Shown here: in pieces, positions 58,360 to 64,000 of the stretch
Position numbering within the stretch: position 1 is the first letter of the stretch
How the letters are laid out: the number at the start of each line of letters is the position of its first letter
From: Patescibacteria group bacterium
GTDB lineage: Bacteria > Patescibacteriota > Microgenomatia > UBA1400 > UBA12028
Assembly: GCA_035479015.1 (NCBI GenBank)
Contig: DATIJC010000020.1
Span: forward strand, 4,365-68,364
Direction: 5' to 3'
DNA length: 64,000 bases
Notes under the pieces: model-generated
What the model was told of the DNA's origin: nothing
The model's input: only the letters and a program-made list of their open reading frames with translations
Database searches by the model: none
Translations under genes and position numbers: made by a program

Positions 58360-59457
58360 CTATTGTAACGAATCAGTGATGAGTTTAGTGAAACGTCTGG
58401 TACCATCAAGTACTAAGTGTTTTTGAAATTCGCTCATATTGCGCTTCAAGGTTGGGTAACGCCGCTCCATCGTCTGGATAGCGCTCCACAGGGTGCTGGG
58501 CAATAAATTCTTTTGCAGCAGTAGCAGGCTTGCTCCTGCGCGTACAACCTCAGCGCAGTTTTTGTACTGTTCATCGTTATAGGCAAATGCTAAGGGTATA
58601 TAGATAGCCGGCGTCCCTGCTATCGACAACTCCTGCACTGTGTTCGCACCGGCTCGGCTAATCACAAACTTTGCATGCCGCAATAGAAAGCTCACCTCTT
58701 TCGCTTCAATCCATTCACGCGCCACATATGATCCCTGTTCCAAATCTGCGGATACATGTAACTCAAGTTCTCCTTTTCCGCACTGGTGCACAACTAAATA
58801 TTCTTTGGCTAACTTCGGGAGTATTGCCCGCAAGGTTTGATTGATAATATGCGAACCCTGAGATCCACCAGTGACATAGACAAATGGCTTCTTCGTAAAC
58901 GAATCCGGCAGCCAAGTAGGTGGACGCGTGTATTCCCGAAATAATGATTCTCGGATCGGGTTACCCGTAAATTTCACCTTCGCTTTTGGGAAAAACCGAG
59001 CAGATTCTGGATATGAGACTGCGACATGATCAGCAAAGAGAGCGATTGCCTGGTTTGCAAGTCCTGCGACCCGCGTTTGTTCGTGTGTAAGGACTTTGGC
59101 GCCAAAAAGCTTTGCTATCAGTGCGACTGGAAGTGCGACATATCCACCAAATGAAACCACCAAGTCCGGTTTATTTTTCCGGAACATAGTAAATAATTTT
59201 TGAAGTGTTGGTAGGATTTTAGGAATCTCTGAAATGTTTTCCCACCAGAGGGCGCGGTGAAATTTTGGCGCATCAATTGATATGAACGGAACAGAACGGA
59301 CCTCCATCTCTTCCCGTTCTCTAGAGTGCATGCTCTTCCCTTGGGCATACTCTCTGCCGATAAAAATGATCGACAAATTCTCTTTTTTCTTTATCAATTC
59401 ATCGATGACGGCGAGCGCGGGAGTCAGGTGCCCGCCCGTTATATATACGTTTTTCAT
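58360..59457 (-). CDS. murG: Lipid II GlcNAc transferase MurG
   Basis: TGGHLTP, FGGYV, HEQ, TGNPIR, TGGSQG, SRAGANT, EQYKN. Confidence 0.97.
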   Translation of the reverse strand: MKNVYITGGHLTPALAVIDELIKKKENLSIIFIGREYAQGKSMHSREREEMEVRSVPFISIDAPKFHRALWWENISEIPKILPTLQKLFTMFRKNKPDLVVSFGGYVALPVALIAKLFGAKVLTHEQTRVAGLANQAIALFADHVAVSYPESARFFPKAKVKFTGNPIRESLFREYTRPPTWLPDSFTKKPFVYVTGGSQGSHIINQTLRAILPKLAKEYLVVHQCGKGELELHVSADLEQGSYVAREWIEAKEVSFLLRHAKFVISRAGANTVQELSIAGTPAIYIPLAFAYNDEQYKNCAEVVRAGASLLLLQKNLLPSTLWSAIQTMERRYPTLKRNMSEFQKHLVLDGTRRFTKLITDSLQ

Positions 59458-60511
59458 TTTTTAATCCCAACAATATTCCTATTCCAAATAATTCAGTTGC
59501 TAGTGCGGACCCTCCATAGGAAATGAAGGGGAGCGGTACGCCAGTAAGCGGGATCAGTGCAAACACAGACCCTAGGTTTACAATCGTTTGCGCACATATC
59601 CATGCTACTATTCCCCCACCCAGCAAAATCTCCTGTGCCCCGTCAAGATTTGACACAAATTCCGACATGCGGCGGAATAATGTTATATAGCCGATAATAA
59701 TGATACCACAGCCCAAGAAGCCAATCTCTTCGGCAATCACTGCGAAGATTGAATCCGTGGTCGCCTCTGGAATGTAGCGGTATTTTTGCAAAGATTTGCC
59801 CAAGCCTCGGCCAAACAAGCCACCGTTGCCAAGCGCCAGTGTGATCTGGTGGATGTGATAGGAACGCCCCAGTGGATCAGATTCTGGATCAAGATAGGTC
59901 TTCAACCGGTCCAGTCTATACGGCGCCACTACAATGATAATAAGTAGCGAGAAAAGGGCTGTGGCAAATAACCAAATAAAATGCCTAATTGGTTTGCCGC
60001 TCAAAAAATACATGCTGCCGGCAGTGATAGCGAGAATCAGCGCTGTTCCCAGATCAGGCTCTATTAATACGGTAATAAAGATGCCCGCCACTAATAGTAG
60101 AAAAGATAGAAATCGGCGGCTTTTTGAAAGCCAAACAGACAAGTACATAGTGAGGGCCAATTTCATCAGCTCTGAGGGCTGAATGGTAAAACCAGCGAGA
60201 CGTATCCAGCGGCGTGCACCACCGACACTTGTGCCGATATGAGGAATAAGTACGGCTAGCAGCAACACAAAAGAAAAAGAAAAAAAGAACGGTGCCATCT
60301 TAAACCAAAAACGTGTCGGGATCTTTGCGGCAACCAACATACCCATGAGACCGACTATTGACCACATGACCTGCTGGCGTAAAAAATATAATTTGTCTCC
60401 AAACTGGGTTGCAGCCTCGACAATAGAAACATCATAGACAAACAATATGCCAACTAAAACAAACAGGATGACGAGTCCGACTATTGGTGTTGTGAGAGAT
60501 TTTCTATGCAT
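59399..60511 (-). CDS. ftsW: SEDS protein FtsW
   Basis: GARRWI, QPSELMK, EPDLGT, GLGKSLQK, IPEATTDSIF, GVPLPFISYGGS. Next to murG. Confidence 0.95.
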   Translation of the reverse strand: MHRKSLTTPIVGLVILFVLVGILFVYDVSIVEAATQFGDKLYFLRQQVMWSIVGLMGMLVAAKIPTRFWFKMAPFFFSFSFVLLLAVLIPHIGTSVGGARRWIRLAGFTIQPSELMKLALTMYLSVWLSKSRRFLSFLLLVAGIFITVLIEPDLGTALILAITAGSMYFLSGKPIRHFIWLFATALFSLLIIIVVAPYRLDRLKTYLDPESDPLGRSYHIHQITLALGNGGLFGRGLGKSLQKYRYIPEATTDSIFAVIAEEIGFLGCGIIIIGYITLFRRMSEFVSNLDGAQEILLGGGIVAWICAQTIVNLGSVFALIPLTGVPLPFISYGGSALATELFGIGILLGLKNEKRIYNGRAPDSRARRHR

Positions 60512-61758
60512 TGTCGGAACTGCGCGCTTCGGTCACGATAATCTATAAATATTCCAAAACTTGGGGCGCCGGCAGATAGCAATACTATTCCTTCGCCCAC
60601 CTCCTTATACGCTATTGCTACGGCCTGCTTCATTGAGTCAACATGAAAAACCTTTTGCTCAGCTTGTATCTGTTCCAGCTCATCCCCAATCCGCTTACCC
60701 GTCGATGGAAAACAGATGACAGTTTTCACGCTGGAATTTTTAATGCGCGCCGCAAGCTCGCTATAATCCTGGGCGCGTTCATGTCCGCCGACAATGAGGA
60801 CACTGACTTTGTCACCTAGAGTATCCAGCGCCGCGATCGTAGCCTGTGGGATCGTGGCGAGTGCATCATCATAAAATTCTATGCTGCCGACTGTCGCTAT
60901 TTTTTCCAGTCTTCCCGGCAATGGAGTGAAAGTTTGAGCGTGCTGCAAGACTTCTTCACGTGTGTATCCCAAAACACTTACTGCCGTTACAGCTAAATTG
61001 ATATTAGTTTGATGGACTGAAGGCGCTCTTTGCACAGTAATGATTTTTGCCCGTGAGGACACTAAGGGAATAATTGCCGGATCGTTGGGAACAACTGCAA
61101 TATCCTGCGCAGTTTGCAAGTCAAATACATGTTTCTTGGCTGCTCTATAGGCATCGTAATCTTTGTAATAATCCAAATGTTCTGGATATAGTGACGTGAA
61201 CACCGCTATGTGCACCGGCGCCGTAATGGTCTCACTTTGAAACGCTGAGAGTTCTAATACTACATGAGTGTTCACTTCGATTTGGTCAAGAATTTCAAGC
61301 ACTGGCAGGCCAATATTTCCTGCAAGGATTGCGCTCTGGCCCAAGCTGTTGAGTAAGTGCGCTATGAGAGCGCTGGTCGTACTTTTACCCTTGGTGCCCG
61401 TAACGGCGATCACCTGTTTGCCATATATTTGCGTGAACAGATCTACCTGCGAAGTAACTGTTCCCGCACGTCCATTTTTATAGTGCAGTTTCGACTGCGC
61501 TATTCCCGGGGTTTTAAAAACTACGTCAAATGGTGGGAGTAAGAATATCCCCAGAGAGTATTTTAGGTTAATGTCATTATCATGCAGATGAATAAGCGTT
61601 GGTTCCAATTTTTTGTCCTCATCAAAAATCCAGATCGGAACTTGTGGAAAGAAGTTGCGGATGAATCGATATGTACTTTGTCCCTCACGGCCAAATCCAA
61701 CGATTGCAATAGATTTTGCACTGTGTAGCCAAGATGGTAATCTTTTCAAATCAAACAT
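60481..61758 (-). CDS. murD: MurD-family ligase, probably MurD2 (L-Glu-adding)
   Basis: GFGREG, TPGI, TGTKGKSTT, ELSAFQ, EHLD, DDALATIP, SAGAPSF. Adjacent to murL. Confidence 0.88.
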   Translation of the reverse strand: MFDLKRLPSWLHSAKSIAIVGFGREGQSTYRFIRNFFPQVPIWIFDEDKKLEPTLIHLHDNDINLKYSLGIFLLPPFDVVFKTPGIAQSKLHYKNGRAGTVTSQVDLFTQIYGKQVIAVTGTKGKSTTSALIAHLLNSLGQSAILAGNIGLPVLEILDQIEVNTHVVLELSAFQSETITAPVHIAVFTSLYPEHLDYYKDYDAYRAAKKHVFDLQTAQDIAVVPNDPAIIPLVSSRAKIITVQRAPSVHQTNINLAVTAVSVLGYTREEVLQHAQTFTPLPGRLEKIATVGSIEFYDDALATIPQATIAALDTLGDKVSVLIVGGHERAQDYSELAARIKNSSVKTVICFPSTGKRIGDELEQIQAEQKVFHVDSMKQAVAIAYKEVGEGIVLLSAGAPSFGIFIDYRDRSAQFRQCIENLSQHQ

Positions 61759-61770
61759 ATGGTTTCATCT

Positions 61771-61873
61771 TGTCATCTTGAGCATCCTGGTAATCCAGGA
61801 GGTCGAAAGATAGTTTGTGCGATTAAAACTATCCATTCGACTGCCAGGAATACCTGGCGCGCTCAGGATGACA
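61771..61873. repeat. Inverted palindromic doublet (family C, TGTCAT-ended)
   Basis: TGTCATCTTGAGC-[CCTGGtaatCCAGG]-GTCGAA and inverted TTCGAC-[CCAGGaataCCTGG]-GCTCAGGATGACA. Confidence 0.85.
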
Positions 61874-63218
61874 AACTCCTTTTAAGTATGGTCAAAAACT
61901 GTGATGGCAATTCGTGTTCATTGGAGAATTGTTTTAAAATCATTTCTGAATTTTCACGAAGCATGCTTTCATTTTCACGGATCCATTTTTCATAGTGCGT
62001 GAAAACAAGCGGCTGGTTTTTCCCTTCGCGCTTTTTCCATCCCAGATAAGCGGCGGCTCCTGACTCTAGCACAGTTCCCACGCACTCAAATGGCTTGTAT
62101 GGCGTAAACCCAAGTAGTTCTTCCATAATGGGAATATTTTTTTCGGCGTTTAGTGGATTTTTTCCCCAAATCTTGAAGATCACGTCATCATCCACAAATG
62201 CTGAAAGCAACAATGCCACAAACACACACTTAGGACACTCTCCACACCAAGCGTTGGTTTTCTGTCCGCGATTACAGCTCTTAAATTGTCTAAAGTATTC
62301 TTTGTAATTTGAAAAAAGCTTCACTATCTGTAATTCATAGAGCGGCCGCATAAAACTAAAATATTCTGGCACACCTGCCATCGAATGCTCTACGTAGTTT
62401 TTAAAATCTTTTTCAAACTCAAACGTCTTTGAGTACTGATGATTGACTGGAATTCCTTCATATTGTGCAGTCGGCTCGTTGGCACTACCTTCGTTGGAGA
62501 GCACGATATACTTTGAACCCGCTAGATAGCCCACTAAGAGTGTTTCAAATGCAAGAACTGATGAAAACGGTGTATGGCCATTGGGATGACCAGTTCTGTT
62601 GAGCTCAAATAGATGGGGATCCAGAATCCGTTTGCCAACATAATCTTTTTCTAATTTATGAAGTTCGGCGTAGGTTTGTATGACATTTTCACTTGCACCC
62701 ACATGACCTGAGTATGTAGAAATTTTAAAATCATGTTTGCTTATTAGTTCCAGACTGACTACCGAGTCTTTGCCACCACCGACTGGAACAAGCACACTCG
62801 ATTCGTCTAAAGAGCCGTTAAATTTCACGGAGGTATCTTCATGGCTTTGACTCACGATTTCAGTTTGAAAAGGTTTGAAATGATTCATGAAGAAAAATTC
62901 ACCCATGCCAAAGAAAAACAATTTCTGCCAAAATTTTGTTTGTTCACTATCGAGTTTCCCAGCTTTGATCACGATCTTTGGCGAACAAAAAGCTTTCCAA
63001 TATGATGGGATCTCAGCCATGCCAATATGAAAGGCTAGTCGTTTAATTGCCTCCTTGTTTTCATCGGCAACTTTGGCATTCTCTAGGATGTATTTAGAGA
63101 CAAAACTTTGCTCTCCACATGAGAAGTAAAACCTCAGCTCCAGATCAGCCCCAAAATCTACTTCCGTCTTTTCAAACACGAACTCGGGATACGTAGTTTG
63201 TAGATCATCAAGATTCAT
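61863..63218 (-). CDS. murL: UDP-MurNAc-L-Ala-L-Glu epimerase MurL
   Basis: SYWKA, PP-loop GGGKDS, NGHTPFS, SNE.SA, VNHQYSK, SCN...WCGECPKC, KPFECVG. Adjacent to murD. Confidence 0.85.
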   Translation of the reverse strand: MNLDDLQTTYPEFVFEKTEVDFGADLELRFYFSCGEQSFVSKYILENAKVADENKEAIKRLAFHIGMAEIPSYWKAFCSPKIVIKAGKLDSEQTKFWQKLFFFGMGEFFFMNHFKPFQTEIVSQSHEDTSVKFNGSLDESSVLVPVGGGKDSVVSLELISKHDFKISTYSGHVGASENVIQTYAELHKLEKDYVGKRILDPHLFELNRTGHPNGHTPFSSVLAFETLLVGYLAGSKYIVLSNEGSANEPTAQYEGIPVNHQYSKTFEFEKDFKNYVEHSMAGVPEYFSFMRPLYELQIVKLFSNYKEYFRQFKSCNRGQKTNAWCGECPKCVFVALLLSAFVDDDVIFKIWGKNPLNAEKNIPIMEELLGFTPYKPFECVGTVLESGAAAYLGWKKREGKNQPLVFTHYEKWIRENESMLRENSEMILKQFSNEHELPSQFLTILKRSLSS

Positions 63219-63654
63219 TCTTACCTTCCGAAGAAATTACTTTTGCCGGGGCGGGCTTGAGTTCCGTATAACGCCACCATTTTGGAACAAATTTAAGCAA
63301 TACGCTATCAGCAAGATCCTTATACTTTTCCGATCCTTTAAATTTCTCACTATATACTCTCCAGGCTTCATCCAACTGATCTTCTTTAGTAAGTATCCGT
63401 ACCTCACCTTCCATTTGTAGTGTCACCCACTCCTCTTCACTAAACCCAATGACGAGGGATGCTGGGGTGCTCCCGCTATTTATAAGCTTCTGATTTTTAC
63501 GGCTCTCTTTATCTGTCATGAAGATAAAATAGAAGGATGAAAATGATGCGCTATAGTGCAGGGTGCTACTGTGTGGAGTTCCATCCAACAACATAGTAGT
63601 CAGCACACTTATTCGGTGCTTGGTGACAAAATCAATAATTTTTTTATCCCTCAT
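63208..63654 (-). CDS. Pyridoxamine 5'-phosphate oxidase-like (split barrel) protein
   Basis: VLTT...GTPHS, T...SRK, LQMEG pattern. Confidence 0.8.
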   Translation of the reverse strand: MRDKKIIDFVTKHRISVLTTMLLDGTPHSSTLHYSASFSSFYFIFMTDKESRKNQKLINSGSTPASLVIGFSEEEWVTLQMEGEVRILTKEDQLDEAWRVYSEKFKGSEKYKDLADSVLLKFVPKWWRYTELKPAPAKVISSEGKNES

Positions 63655-63666
63655 ACCCGGTCCTCT

Positions 63667-64000
63667 CTATATCAGAGATATCCACAGTCCAATAATGGTC
63701 AATATGATACCAGCAAGCCAGGCACGTGCAACAATCTTGGGTTCTTCCCAGCCAATGTACTGTAAGTACAAGTGAAATGGAGCGACGGGATATAACTTCT
63801 TCTTACGGATCGCCTTCGACAGTAGCTGTGTGCCGCTGGTAAAGATCTCTACAAAGAATAACCCACCGATGACTACTAAACCGCCAACTTTGCCAAGCAG
63901 CAGCCCGACTACTGCGAGAGTTGCGCCAAATGAGAGCGCCCCCACATCACCCAGCCAGATACGGGCCGGGTGCACATTAAAGTACAGGAATGCAATGAGT
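63667..64000 (-). CDS. mraY: Phospho-MurNAc-pentapeptide transferase, C-terminal part
   Basis: AFLYFNVHPARIWLGDVGA, APFHL...GWEEPKIV. 5' end lies outside the window. Confidence 0.95.
   Translation of the reverse strand, partial: LIAFLYFNVHPARIWLGDVGALSFGATLAVVGLLLGKVGGLVVIGGLFFVEIFTSGTQLLSKAIRKKKLYPVAPFHLYLQYIGWEEPKIVARAWLAGIILTIIGLWISLI

Noticed and set aside
59399-59457. Long gene overlaps (ftsW/murG 59 nt, several convergent 14-56 nt overlaps)
   Set aside because: Explained by compact genome organisation and stop-codon drift, with no sign of a dual-coding function.

Overview
Chromosomal window that looks like a small-genome Patescibacteria (CPR, probably Microgenomates-type) bacterium using genetic code 11. 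The taxonomy is inferred from gene content and style, not from a database search. It holds housekeeping blocks: F-type ATP synthase, pyrG-dnaE, gatCAB, lemA-htpX, a Wzx/glycosyltransferase cluster, t6A genes, rplU-rpmA, ileS and the dcw cluster. It also has six tRNAs (none encode CCA) and many orphan ORFs wedged into conserved operons. No rRNA, CRISPR array, integrase or transposase was seen. Main observations: (1) A small GIY-YIG nuclease gene is bracketed by inverted palindromic repeats, and gene-less doublets of the same repeat family occur elsewhere, suggesting an autonomous/non-autonomous element pair. (2) That cassette sits between ileS and an Ile T-box that joins an actinobacterial-type ultrashort Stem I aptamer to a transcriptional terminator. 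(3) Double-hairpin and 7-nt-period repeats lie in frame inside essential proteins. (4) Many genes have a -10 box just upstream of the ATG, consistent with leaderless mRNAs. (5) A MurD2/MurL-type peptidoglycan route and a TsaC-TsaE fusion are present. Several start codons were moved from the ORF track where overlaps or promoters support a downstream ATG.
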